64,000 nucleotides of DNA from Gammaproteobacteria bacterium (GCA_040220855.1 JAVJVZ010000063.1:10-64009); one strand, 5' to 3'. Positions 1 through 9,711 are shown, numbered from the stretch's first letter. Notes: a model not told the origin generated them from the letters alone. Made by a program: numbers and translations.

Positions 1-130
1 GACCGTTACGCGAAATCATCGTTGCCGCGCTATCGACGAACTGCTCCGCCATGTCGATCGCTTTCTCGACTTGGCGCAACCGTTCCCCGGCGCGGGCCAC
101 GGTGTAGCACAATTCGGATCAGCTATTTAG
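1..130 (+). mobile_element. 3' end of an IS630-family element (transposase C-terminus plus right inverted repeat), cut by the window edge
   Basis: The frame from nt 2 reads TVTRNHRCRAIDELLRHVDRFLDLAQPFPGAGHGVAQFGSAI*, homologous to TVTRNHRC...VQPFPG in the IS630 transposase at 11740-12777. The end ATTCGGATCAGCTATTTAG (112-130) differs by one base from that element's end. Not in the ORF track. Confidence 0.88.
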
Positions 131-440
131 AAAGATCAGCGTGACCGCGGGCGGTTAAGAATTCGACGGGCGATACGTCGCCCAGGGACTCGTGAGGACG
201 TATCGTGTTGTAGTCCTCGAGCCAGCGCTCAGTTTCCTCGCGGACGTGATCGAGGCTGAGAAAAGACCAGACATCGAGCACACCGTCTCGGTATATCCCG
301 TTGAAGCGCTCGACGAACGCATTTTGTGTAGGTTTGCCGGGTTGGATTTGCTTCAGCTCAACGTGGCTCACCTGGCAGGGGGTCACGAATGCCGCGCTGG
401 CGAACTCCCGGCCGCCATCAACGCGGAGCCGCTCTGCCTC
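123..440 (-). pseudogene. IS3-family transposase remnant (integrase core C-terminus)
   Basis: ERLRVDGGREFAS...IQPGKPTQNAFVERFNG...WLEDYNTIRPHESLG are typical IS3 OrfB motifs. No N-terminus. The stop codon lies inside the IS630 inverted repeat. Confidence 0.88.
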
Positions 441-563
441 CTTTTAACTCAGACCAGAGTGCGACATCCCCGCGCAATACTTCGCCCTACTTTCTGCATC
501 CCTGGATACGTTGGAACACGCCGCGTCCTATCGCCTAATCGAACCTCACCTGATTTCTAAGAA

Positions 564-580
564 TGTAAAGATTCTTGACT
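564..580 (+). promoter_or_regulatory. Putative enhancer (PEP-CTERM box, PrsR-type activator site)
   Basis: TGTAAAGATTCTTGACT is a TGT-N11-AC(A)-like dyad about 140 bp upstream of a sigma54 motif that precedes a PEP-CTERM gene. Confidence 0.55.
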
Positions 581-719
581 GGAGTCAGAAAGATCAATGA
601 CCTGGGAGTGGCGATAGACGTTTGGTTTTCTAGGAAACTGTACATATTCCGACTGGACAGACCGTTTCGCAGTTGACGTATTTCGCTAACAAACGGCTTT
701 TTTCAACGCTTCCTTAATT

Positions 720-734
720 TGGCGCGAATCGTGC
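720..734 (+). promoter_or_regulatory. Sigma54 (-24/-12) promoter
   Basis: TGGCGCGAATCGTGC has exact GG-N10-GC spacing and ends 64 bp before the PEP-CTERM ATG, which has a GGAGG RBS. Confidence 0.68.
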
Positions 735-798
735 TCAGTCGTGTTCGGTACGATTCCTAAGACAAGAACCCTAACAACTCGAGCCATGGGAGGCTGTT

Positions 799-1449
799 AT
801 GTCCTGGCTTACCAAACCTACCCGGTCGCTAGTTCTCGCTTTTCTCCTCTGCCCGCTGATGGTATCCGCGGTTCCAATCACTGACACGGTGGTCGTCGGG
901 GGTAAGGATTGGGCTCAAGTAGCCCTGTTCACGAACCTATCCTGGAATGATATCGATGCCGTCTGCTCTGGTGGCACTTGTGGCGCTGGGACACTTAATG
1001 GCTGGGACATGGATGGGTGGTCATGGGCATCAGTCACCGAAGTAGGCGCATTCCTCGCGTCGGTTTCCCCTTGGGATGGCGCCATAGGTTCTATACTTGA
1101 GGTCGCCAACACATCAACGTGGGCACCAGCATTCTTCGATACATTGGGTTTCAACCCGACGCTGACCGCCCCATCTATTAGGCAGGTCCAAGGTCTGACG
1201 TCGACAATCCGTGACCCGCAAGGTCCCGACGCATGGTGCGGTTTCTTATCAGATGCTGCAAGTGGAGGGCCGCTCAACGACACGGTTGGTAGTCTCTGCG
1301 GGATACAGTTGAGCTTTAGCCGCGATTTCATCGGCGCCTGGTTTTACCGTGACGTTTCTATAAGTTCTGTCCCGGAGCCAACCTCCCTGGCCCTCGTCGG
1401 TCTCGGCCTAGCAAGCTTCGGATATAGCCGTAAGCGCAAAGCTAGCTAA
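799..1449 (+). CDS. PEP-CTERM sorting-domain protein
   Basis: N-terminal signal peptide. C-terminus VPEPTSLALVGLGLASFGYSRKRKAS has the motif, TM helix and basic tail. Confidence 0.93.
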   Translation: MSWLTKPTRSLVLAFLLCPLMVSAVPITDTVVVGGKDWAQVALFTNLSWNDIDAVCSGGTCGAGTLNGWDMDGWSWASVTEVGAFLASVSPWDGAIGSILEVANTSTWAPAFFDTLGFNPTLTAPSIRQVQGLTSTIRDPQGPDAWCGFLSDAASGGPLNDTVGSLCGIQLSFSRDFIGAWFYRDVSISSVPEPTSLALVGLGLASFGYSRKRKAS

Positions 1450-1472
1450 GAGCGGTTATCCATTAGCTTCCA

Positions 1473-1500
1473 AGAGACCCGCTTCGGCGGGTTTCTTTTT
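1473..1500 (+). terminator. Rho-independent terminator
   Basis: AGAGACCCGC-TTCG-GCGGGTTTCT followed by a T-run, just after the PEP-CTERM stop. Confidence 0.85.
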
Positions 1501-1692
1501 GCCTGACTGAAATCCTCTCTGAAGTACGAGAGCAGGTCTGTCTGTCAGGCTACAAGCAATCCAGGGCCCCCGGTGGGGTGCCCGACGAGGAGGCCTTCTA
1601 GGGCCTTCTGGTGGCCAATTTAGACGACTTCTCCCCGCCCAGGTAGCCGGGGTAGGGTCAGCCGAGAAGTCTCGTGTTTTGCCTTGTACAGC

Positions 1693-1717
1693 GCCTACAC
1701 GGTGCCTACAATCTACC
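1693..1717 (+). repeat. Short direct repeats, candidate integrase arm-type sites
   Basis: GCCTACA at 1693 and 1704 and TCTACC at 1712, 65-90 bp inside the att-like tRNA fragment. Confidence 0.4.
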
Positions 1718-1780
1718 CGTCGAGGCAGGCAAGGTTGGCGTAAGTAGTTCAACCCCCTTGGGTTCTCCAACTCGGGCAAT

Positions 1781-1829
1781 GTGACTGTTAATCACTAGGT
1801 CGGCGGTTCGAGCCCGTCCCGGGGAGCCA
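1781..1829 (+). mobile_element. 3' half of tRNA-Asn(GTT): att site marking an island boundary, not an intact tRNA
   Basis: GTGA-CTGTTAA-TCAC anticodon arm, GGCGG-TTCGAGC-CCGTC T-arm and CCGGGGA-G-CCA end. No 5' acceptor strand or D-arm upstream. Confidence 0.88.
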
Positions 1830-1981
1830 CTCCAAGGCGCTGATTTCCTTGAAGCTGGTCGGTCTAGCCCACCGTGGACTCGAACTTAACTTTACTAATT
1901 CGCGCGCGGCCGCGATTGCCATCCGGGCTTCGACAGGCGCAGCCGTCCACGGACGTGGGTCGCGATGACGTCTTGTTATCG

Positions 1982-3295
1982 TCACGGAGCGCTTCTGCAC
2001 TTTGTCAGTTTTAGATGCGCAGCAACACATGGCGGCCCCGTCTCCTGACCGTCTAGCGCGCGCCGCATACGAGCGACCGGGATCGCCCGTGGCCAGGCAA
2101 TCAGGCTCCCTAGGCCGGCCGATAGCAGCCATACCGAAAGCGGCAGGGGTACTGCCGTCGGTGTGCTCAATGCGGCGTAATCGACACCGAGAGGAGACTC
2201 GGCGCTGAAATCGAGCAGCGAACCGTCATTGTCCAGCATGTCGACGGCAAGCAAGGTGATGGTACTGCCGAAATCCGCGAATACTTCGATGGCATTGGCA
2301 TCTGCGGCATCGATTGCGCTCAGACGGACCTCTCCCGTGTTCTTCAGGAAGAACTCAATCTCACAGGGTTGATCGAGTTCGCAGGACACCGTCCACGGAT
2401 AGACATCGTCGAAAGGGAAATATTCGATGGAAGCCTCGGAATCACCTTCCGGCTCGAGCAGCTTCGTGACCGGATCGATCTGGTAGTTGCGCTTGGTAGT
2501 GCTGGACAGCGGATTTGTGACCGGTTCGAGCTGGGTTGTCTCCGAGGCACGGAGTTCGCTGTACAAGATTGGCGCAACCGTTAAGGAACCGGGATTCCTG
2601 ACGACTTCGAGCGGACATCCGAGCGGCATGCATGCGGGCAAGGAAGGCTCTTCGTGCGTATACACGAAGCCGTCTGCTTCCATTTTCTCCTTCTTAGCGA
2701 GGTTCCAGGCGTCCAGCATGAGGGCTGAGCTTATCCGATCGACCTGTGCCGGAAAGATCCGGTCGGGCTCCTGCAGTTCGTTGCGAATTCGCTGCTCACC
2801 TTCGAGCAAGAAAATAAAGCGGATTGTCTTCTCGCCCTGCGTTCCGGGAGACCGGAACGTCGGGGTATCCAGCATCGAAGCATAGTTCTCGACCGAGACG
2901 TCCAGCGTCGTCCAACCCGTCGGATAAACCGACTCACCGATGAGTTGCTCGTCCAAGGCCTTGATATCGATCGACATGTCGAGTCGGGACTTGAACCTGG
3001 GCTGTTCCGAAACGTCGGTGACCGAGGCGAGACTGTTCACTCTAACATCGGCGAACCAAGTCGACGCATCGAGCGGGCGCCCGGGGCTCGCAACCAGGTG
3101 GCTCGTCTTCGAGATGGCGGTTTCCGTCGTTAGGCTGTCGGCGACCGTGTAAGTCGTCCGGTCTTCGTACCAGCTGCCCGACCTGCCGACTGCCGACACG
3201 TCGTTTCGCACCTCGAAACCAACCCCGAGGCAGGGCTGGCTGACGACCATGATGCCTCCGAAGATGAACGTGACAGACAATTTCTCAGCTCGCAT
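1982..3295 (-). CDS. VPLP-type PEP-CTERM surface protein with an extended C-terminal tail
   Basis: Signal-like N-terminus, acidic Ser/Thr-rich body, AVPLPLSVWLLSAGLGSLIAW sorting segment. Confidence 0.8.
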   Translation of the reverse strand: MRAEKLSVTFIFGGIMVVSQPCLGVGFEVRNDVSAVGRSGSWYEDRTTYTVADSLTTETAISKTSHLVASPGRPLDASTWFADVRVNSLASVTDVSEQPRFKSRLDMSIDIKALDEQLIGESVYPTGWTTLDVSVENYASMLDTPTFRSPGTQGEKTIRFIFLLEGEQRIRNELQEPDRIFPAQVDRISSALMLDAWNLAKKEKMEADGFVYTHEEPSLPACMPLGCPLEVVRNPGSLTVAPILYSELRASETTQLEPVTNPLSSTTKRNYQIDPVTKLLEPEGDSEASIEYFPFDDVYPWTVSCELDQPCEIEFFLKNTGEVRLSAIDAADANAIEVFADFGSTITLLAVDMLDNDGSLLDFSAESPLGVDYAALSTPTAVPLPLSVWLLSAGLGSLIAWPRAIPVARMRRALDGQETGPPCVAAHLKLTKCRSAP

Positions 3296-3521
3296 GATGG
3301 TTCATCCTCGCTTCTTACCTGCGCGGCGAGTTTATTTAGCACACAGACTCGATTGCAAACCAACAACCCAATCTATTTATACAGTAGGGTCTGCTCTTGG
3401 TCGGCCATACCCCGTCGCAGTTTTTTGCGCGAAAGCCGGCGCGGCTGCGGCCAGTCGAGCCCAGGACCTGGGAGCTTTCCCAGCCGATTGTCAAAAAAAG
3501 CAGTGGACAATTGAGGGCAGC

Positions 3522-4013
3522 TCACAGCAGCCAGGCGAGAAAAGAAATTGCTCCGCCGAGCAGCGCAAGTGCAATGACCGTGCGGGGGAACAGGAAGAAG
3601 AGTACGGCCGCGACGCCACCGGCGCAGATGTTTTCGATCAGGGCGAACGTCGGGCTGTCCTCGCTCATCGCATAAGCTCCGCCAGTCTCGGCCTGAACGG
3701 CACCGAACACCAACACACCGAGCATGCCCGCTGCCACGAGCAAGGCAGCCAGGACCCCGAGCATCCGCCACCGTCGCCACCCGTACAGCAGGTCCACTGT
3801 GACGAACCAGAGAGCAAAGACAGGAAGAAGCAGCAGGAAGAGAAAGCCGCTGACGTTGAACATCGGCCTGGGCAGCCCAATACGGGCGAGCTCGCCCCCG
3901 TCCCCCGCCATCGCCTTGGTCATATCCTCGGCATAATCCTCGTGGCGATACGCGCGATGGGTCTCGGGGTTGCACCCGAGCTTCCGCTCGAGATCGCGCT
4001 GGCAGTCGTGCAT
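3522..4013 (-). CDS. Hypothetical multi-pass membrane protein (start uncertain)
   Basis: Three to four hydrophobic segments in the C-terminal ~115 aa. Confidence 0.55.
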   Translation of the reverse strand: MHDCQRDLERKLGCNPETHRAYRHEDYAEDMTKAMAGDGGELARIGLPRPMFNVSGFLFLLLLPVFALWFVTVDLLYGWRRWRMLGVLAALLVAAGMLGVLVFGAVQAETGGAYAMSEDSPTFALIENICAGGVAAVLFFLFPRTVIALALLGGAISFLAWLL

Positions 4014-4625
4014 CGGCCAGCCCTGCGACTAAGAAGCCCAGTGACGATATATGGTTTTTCGCGCTGAACGCAAAGTCAGGGCGCCGGCGCGTGACCGCAG
4101 GGTCGCTGCGCGGTGAGAATCGATCGATCTCGGCATGGAGTGCTCCCTAAGCCTCGACCATGATCGGGCTCCGCAGTTCTCCCAGGAACCGGCGAGATGC
4201 GCGATCTTCTCGGTCGTCGTCCTGAGGTCCGAGCGACTGATCAATATTGTCTGATGAGCCGCAACAAGCGGTAGCCAGGGGCCGCGGCGACGTCAGTTCA
4301 GGGCCAACCGATGTGCTCTGTGGTACATCGTGCAAAGGCCGCTGGCCGACCAGAGCCTGATGCCGATTGCTCCGCGCTTACCAGATTCCTAGGGCACCAC
4401 GGTCGATAGAGCGGCGAAGGTTGTCCGGATCTGCCGCGTCGGCGCAATGCAGAAAGTTCGATATGCGTCCACGAAAGGGAGCCATTCCAATCCTTCGATT
4501 CACTTGGCGCACCTCTCGTACTCCAGACAGTACTGGAACAAGGTAGGCTGGGCCGGCCATGGTGCACAAGGTTTCGTTGTCGCTTATCGATGGGCGCCGT
4601 CGACGAGCGCGGCCATCGAATCGAT

Positions 4626-5045
4626 CTAGGCAGCGTCCAGTGCCTGCCCCGACAAAATCAAGCGATACCACATCGACCCCGCGATCAGCTCAGCGAGCTG
4701 CGCAGCATCCTGCTCGGGGCCGCAGGCTGCAGCCACCACCCCGATCAGCCGTTGATGGCGGCGTTCAAGAAAGCGCTCGCGAAAGCGCAGCGCGAATGCG
4801 GCATCCTGCTGAGCAAGCGCGACGACGGCTTTCAGGCAGGGGGCGGCCCAACGGTTTAGCACATCGTTGAGACCGGTGACGTACATCGTTAGCCGCGTTC
4901 GAGCATTCGAGACGCTCTCGCCTTCATCACTGCCGATTTCTCTTTCGGCACGCACCAGCAATGCCTCCAGGACGATGTCGCCCACGCTCGGCCAGCGGTT
5001 GTAGAGCGTCTGCAAGTTCGATACGCGTTCACGAAGGGCCGCCAT
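4626..5045 (-). pseudogene. Degenerate TetR/AcrR-family regulator
   Basis: QTLYNRWPS resembles the TetR recognition helix and LIAGSMWYRLIL a TetR C-terminal motif. The first HTH helices are missing or eroded. Confidence 0.7.
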
Positions 5046-5238
5046 TCAACGGTGCGAGTTGTCTTTGGCTCCGTTGTTTGAAGGTAACGCGGACTGAAAC
5101 TCGAACCGCCGAGCTGACGTTGCCCACGGCCTGATTCGGCACCGCAGTCGGAAGCCCTTCACACTCGGCCACATCCGCGCGCTAAAGACCGTAGCTTGGC
5201 GTACGAACCCCGTGGGTCCCAGCTATACTCTGCCAACC

Positions 5239-7209
5239 ATGCGACGCAATCCCCATCCCAGCGTGGAGGTGCTGCACGGCGAAAGTACCAGCGCGCGCCA
5301 TCAGAGCAGCACTCCGAGATTTCGACGGGCGTTCGTCTTTGGACTGACCCTCGTCGTCTCCGCAACTGCAGGACTGCTCTGGAATTACTCGCGACCTGCC
5401 ATCTACGAAGCAGTTGCGACGGTGCAGACGGTCAAGCCAAAGTCTGTCGACCAACCGAGCACGAGCGCAGACGTGGAACACGTCACGATCCAGAGGCGCA
5501 CCCTGCTCGGCAAACGTTTGCTTGGGCGCGTGGTCGACGAGATGGCCTCCCTGCTTCCAGAACGTGGCCTCGACGCCGAGGAGCTCGCATCCATGCTCTC
5601 GGCAGTGCCGCTCGAGGAAACCAACCTGGTCGAGCTGCGGGCCGTGGGCACCGAGCCGGCTATCCTGCAGACCATCGTCAACACGTGGGCCGACGGCTAC
5701 GAAGCCCTGCGCCGCGAGCAGATCGCGGGTGCACGCGACGCTACTCTGGACGAAGTGCAGGAAGAGTACGATGCCCTGCAGCAGACCATCGCTGCGAAGG
5801 CCGACGAGTTGGCTGCCTTCCGCGAGGCACACGACATCGTCAGCTTGCGCGACAGCGAGAACCGGCCCGCGGCCAAGCTGCGCGGGCTGAACAACGCTCT
5901 GAACGAGGCACAGTCGCGGCTGGTCGAAGCGGAAGCCCGGCGTGAGGCGCTGGCGGTGTCCATCGAGCGCGGCCAGACCGTGGTGCCACGGGATCAGCAG
6001 GCGAACTTGTCACAGAAGATGGCCGAGGCACGCAAGCTCGAGACCCGGCTCGACGACCTGCTGTCGAAGTACACGAGGAAGTTCATCGAGAGCGACCCCG
6101 AGCTGCGCGATTTGCCGAAGCAGCTCGAGGACGCTCGGGTCGAGATCGAGCAGCTCGAGACAGTCGGCCAACGACAAGCCATCGCGCAGGCAGAACAGGA
6201 GGTCGCAGCCGCCCGTGCAGCAGTCGCTCGGATCACCGCCGAGCTCGACGCGCACGAACGGGCGGCTGCCACGTTCGCCGACCTGTTCAGCCGCCACGAA
6301 GCGCTCCACGAGGAGTTGGCAGAGCTGCGTGGCCTGGCCTCCGACAAGCGAGAGCGTATTGCCGCTATCGAGGCGCGCAACTTCAAGAAGTACCCGCCGG
6401 TGGACGTCGTGCAGCGCGCACTGCTGCCGCAAGCGCCTGTCCGTCCGGACTATCATCGCGATGCCGGCCTGATCATTGGTGGTTCGCTGGCTTTGGCGCT
6501 GTTCCTGACCTGGCTCGTCGAATACCTGTTCGGACGGCAAGGCGCGTCGGCGCCGGCGTCACCCGACCTTCGCATCATCGGCACTCAAGGCACTCGTTCT
6601 GTGCTTGAATCTTCGCCTGCGGACAGCGCTATCACCCATACGCCACACGCGCTTGTGCTGGAAAGCGCGCGGCTGCATGTGCTCGCCCCTGCGGAGGTAC
6701 GCCAGCTCCTGGCGGCCGCAGACCCCATGACGGCCGCCTGCATTGCCCTGTTACTGAGTGGCCTGTCCGACGAGGAACTCGCGTTGCTCGACGCCGAAGC
6801 CATCGACCTGCCGTCGCGCACCGTGCGTCTCGAGCACCCGAGGTCCCGTGACATTCGCCTCCCGGAGCCGGTAGTGGCGCTGCTCGGCGAGTGCGTCGAC
6901 GAGATGGGCAGCTACCCCACTCGCGTAGCGGTTGACGAGTTCGACGAGGCGGTGACGGCAGCCGCGATAGACGCCGGACTGGAAGGCGCGAACCAGATGA
7001 ACGCGGCTGCCCTGCGCGCGTCGTATCTGGTCTTCCTTGTCCAGCAGGGCGTGCGGCTATCCGAGCTGCACCGCCAGACCGGCAGGCTCAGCGACACGTT
7101 GTTGAAGGAACTTGCACGCCACGCGCCGCCGGGCGACAAGCTCCCGCTCGCCGAGATAGACACCACCTATCCCCTGTTCGCCACGGGCGACGAGCCAAGC
7201 GCCAAGTAG
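5239..7209 (+). CDS. Wzz/GumC-like polysaccharide chain-length determinant fused to a degenerate tyrosine-recombinase catalytic domain
   Basis: TM1 followed by RPAIYEAVATVQ, a long coiled coil, the Pro-rich VVQRALLPQAPVRP and TM2. Then LAPAEVRQLL..IALLLSGLSDEELALL..IDL..RDIRLP..AGL..AALRASYLVFLVQQGVRLSEL..TGR. ATG 5239 preferred over the ORF-track GTG at 5212. Confidence 0.85.
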   Translation: MRRNPHPSVEVLHGESTSARHQSSTPRFRRAFVFGLTLVVSATAGLLWNYSRPAIYEAVATVQTVKPKSVDQPSTSADVEHVTIQRRTLLGKRLLGRVVDEMASLLPERGLDAEELASMLSAVPLEETNLVELRAVGTEPAILQTIVNTWADGYEALRREQIAGARDATLDEVQEEYDALQQTIAAKADELAAFREAHDIVSLRDSENRPAAKLRGLNNALNEAQSRLVEAEARREALAVSIERGQTVVPRDQQANLSQKMAEARKLETRLDDLLSKYTRKFIESDPELRDLPKQLEDARVEIEQLETVGQRQAIAQAEQEVAAARAAVARITAELDAHERAAATFADLFSRHEALHEELAELRGLASDKRERIAAIEARNFKKYPPVDVVQRALLPQAPVRPDYHRDAGLIIGGSLALALFLTWLVEYLFGRQGASAPASPDLRIIGTQGTRSVLESSPADSAITHTPHALVLESARLHVLAPAEVRQLLAAADPMTAACIALLLSGLSDEELALLDAEAIDLPSRTVRLEHPRSRDIRLPEPVVALLGECVDEMGSYPTRVAVDEFDEAVTAAAIDAGLEGANQMNAAALRASYLVFLVQQGVRLSELHRQTGRLSDTLLKELARHAPPGDKLPLAEIDTTYPLFATGDEPSAK

Positions 7210-7263
7210 GACTCACCGGCGTGATGTCGTTCTGCGCACTGACAAACGAGACCGCATGATGGA

Positions 7264-8136
7264 TTACGGTGTCGCACCTCTCCTCGCTCGCACGCTCATC
7301 AGGCCGATGAGCGCACTGCCGAGCAGCCATGCCGCGCCCGGTAAGGGCACAGACGTGAACGCAGGGGTGAGCAGTGGCGCGCCATCGAAGTCCGCGACCA
7401 GGGTGCTCAGGGATTCGGCCGTTGCATTGCTGCCGCCGGCGCCTGCCATCAGTCCCATGGCGAGGTAGAACTCCTCACCGTTGGTGACGTCGATGCTGAT
7501 ATTGCCTGATTCGACAACGTTCGCGTTCGTCGCGGTGAACTCCAGGAAGTTGTCATCGGGCGAGACGAGCGCCAGCGTGGCGAGCAGGAAAGCTGTCGCA
7601 GAGGGATCCGACGGGTCCACTTCCGGGAATGCCGGTAACTCCGCCTGCGAGAAGAATCCAGCGAAAACGACCAGGCCGGTGAGCGTGTCCGCGTCGGGAT
7701 TGTTGACGGAGCCGGTGAGATTCCACGTCAGCGATAGCGTCTCGCCTGGTCCCGTGTATTCGTAGGCCTGCACCGCTAGGGCCTGCCCGCTGATCCAGCC
7801 GCTGGTGTCTGACGCCGCACCGGCCCTGAGCACAGGAACACCAAGGCCACCCGCGGCGGTCGCGGCGCCGGACGCGAAGCCCGGCGCCGGATAGGCGCCA
7901 CCGAGCGAGACCGCGGCCGACGTGACGTTGTCCCCGCCATCGCTTGCATCCACAGCGAGGGTCGTTGTCAAAGCCAGCAACTCCGGCACGGTGTCGGCGC
8001 CGCAGAAATCGCTCGAACAGGTATACGAACTCGCCGTCGCGAGAGTCCCCCATTCGGTCAGGGTGGTTGCGGCATCGACACTCCTGGCCAACAGGAGCGG
8101 GCAAGCCGCGAACAGGGCAAATGCGATGAATCTCAT
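7264..8136 (-). CDS. VPLP-CTERM sorting-domain protein
   Basis: Signal peptide; C-terminus VPLPGAAWLLGSALIGLMSVRARR. Confidence 0.92.
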   Translation of the reverse strand: MRFIAFALFAACPLLLARSVDAATTLTEWGTLATASSYTCSSDFCGADTVPELLALTTTLAVDASDGGDNVTSAAVSLGGAYPAPGFASGAATAAGGLGVPVLRAGAASDTSGWISGQALAVQAYEYTGPGETLSLTWNLTGSVNNPDADTLTGLVVFAGFFSQAELPAFPEVDPSDPSATAFLLATLALVSPDDNFLEFTATNANVVESGNISIDVTNGEEFYLAMGLMAGAGGSNATAESLSTLVADFDGAPLLTPAFTSVPLPGAAWLLGSALIGLMSVRARRGATP

Positions 8137-8472
8137 GGCGTCGTCCTCTGGCGTGGGCAGCTACCGTGATCTGTCTTCTCGACAGTCTTTAACCCTAGCG
8201 CCGAATCGCAAGGCGATGCCGTCGCCGCGATTGAACACATGGTGGTTCTGCCAGCCAGTTCTCAAAACGCGCGTCGCGGATCCTGAGACGAGCGAGGTGG
8301 CAAACGTCAAGTATGCACTCCAGCGCGATGCCATGCGTTCAGTAACCTGACCCGCGGTAGGGCCCTGCCACGTCGAGCCCACCCACGGCAAGTAGATTCA
8401 ATAAAGTGATAGCCCTCTGCCAGCTAAGGGCCACGGCGGTGCCGAACGCCACCTCCAGCACCGTCTCCTGCA

Positions 8473-9564
8473 TCAACGCACGACGATGCCGTTGAGATCG
8501 CCTTGTTCGCGCCAGGCCTTCAGCAGGCGGAAGAACGGTACCGCACCTTCTGGATACAGGTTGTCGAGAAAGCCCTGTCCCTCGTTCTTGCCTTCCTGGT
8601 TGTAGTATCCGGGCGTGCAAATCGCCTGGTATTCGCGCATCGGGCTCGGCCCGGTCACGGGCTTGACCCAGTCAGCCTCGGCCTGCGCCGTGGGCTCGAT
8701 GGACCTTGCATCCCGGTCGAACACTTCCTTCACCAGGTAGGCGATGTGGCGCGCCGGTCCACCCAGCGAGTAGGTGAAATTGAAGGCGAGGCCCGTCTAC
8801 GTAAGCCCCATGTGGAAGCAGTTCGGGAAACCCTGGCTGAGAAAACCATGGAAGGTTTTCACTCCGTCCGCCCAGTAGTCGGTGAGGGTTACGCCGTCGC
8901 GGCCGTAGACCTCGCACTCGGAACTCCGCGTGTAGGCCGTGCTGACCTCGAAGCCGGTCGCGAAGATGATGCAATCGACCTCGTACTCGACGCCGTCGAC
9001 CACGACACCTTTCTCCGTGATGCGCTCGACGCCCTTGCCGTGCGTGTCGACCAGCTCGACATTGGGCTGGTTGAAGCAGGGCAGGTAATCGTCGTTGAAC
9101 AGCCGCCGCTTGCACCATTGGCCGAACCACGGCTTGAGCGCCTCGGCCGTCTGCGGATCCTTGACCGTGCGGGCAACGCGATCGCGCACGTCGTTACCCT
9201 TCTTATAGTCGGCGACTTCGGAGATCAGCCTCATGCGCTCGTCGGAGACATCGCCGCCGTGGGCGGCTAGGATCTCGTAGGTCAGGCGGAAGAAATCCGT
9301 CCACTTGTCCGCGACCATGTCCTCGTCGACCGGCAACCCGGCCAGAATTGAGCAGAAATTCTCGTTGCGCTCGGCCTGCCAGCCAGGCTCGAGCGATTGC
9401 GCCAAGGCAGGGTCGGTCGGCCGGTTCCAGCGCTCATCGACGAACGACGGCATGCGCTGGAACACGTAGAGCTCATGCGCCGACTTCGCCACGCGTGGCA
9501 TCGCCCGCACTACCGTCGCGCGGGGTCCTATGATTCCGCAACTCCGAGCGCCCTTGCCGCGCAA
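8473..9564 (-). pseudogene. Baeyer-Villiger monooxygenase pseudogene
   Basis: Eroded GIIGxxAT, LYVFQRMPS, WCKR, DCIIFATGF and GFPNCF motifs. An in-frame TAG at 8797-8799 splits two same-frame ORFs. The N-terminal FAD-binding part is absent. Confidence 0.9.
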
Positions 9565-9711
9565 GCCAACAGGCTGCCCCTCTGACCGACTACCATAGTC
9601 CTAGCAAGGGCTCTGGCAAAGAACTGGCAGCGCTATTATCTGCCGTATGCGTGCTATGATTACAAGATGTCACGCTTGAATTCTCGTGGGGCATTTCCCA
9701 CTCGCCAGCGC

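Noticed and set aside
1755-1829. Intact tRNA-Asn gene
   Set aside because: No 5' acceptor strand (TCCCCGG) or D-arm at the right distance. The TCCCCG near 1632 does not continue as a tRNA 5' half.
4020-4620. Short ORFs between the membrane protein and the TetR remnant
   Set aside because: No recognisable homology in the frames examined; probably decayed sequence.
6673-7209. Active integrase mobilising the EPS cassette
   Set aside because: The catalytic Arg, both His positions and Tyr are substituted, the core-binding domain is absent and the protein is membrane-anchored.
8208-8221. Sigma54 promoter for the 7264-8136 gene (CGGCATCGCCTTGC, minus strand)
   Set aside because: Spacing is GG-N9-GC, one base short of the strict requirement.
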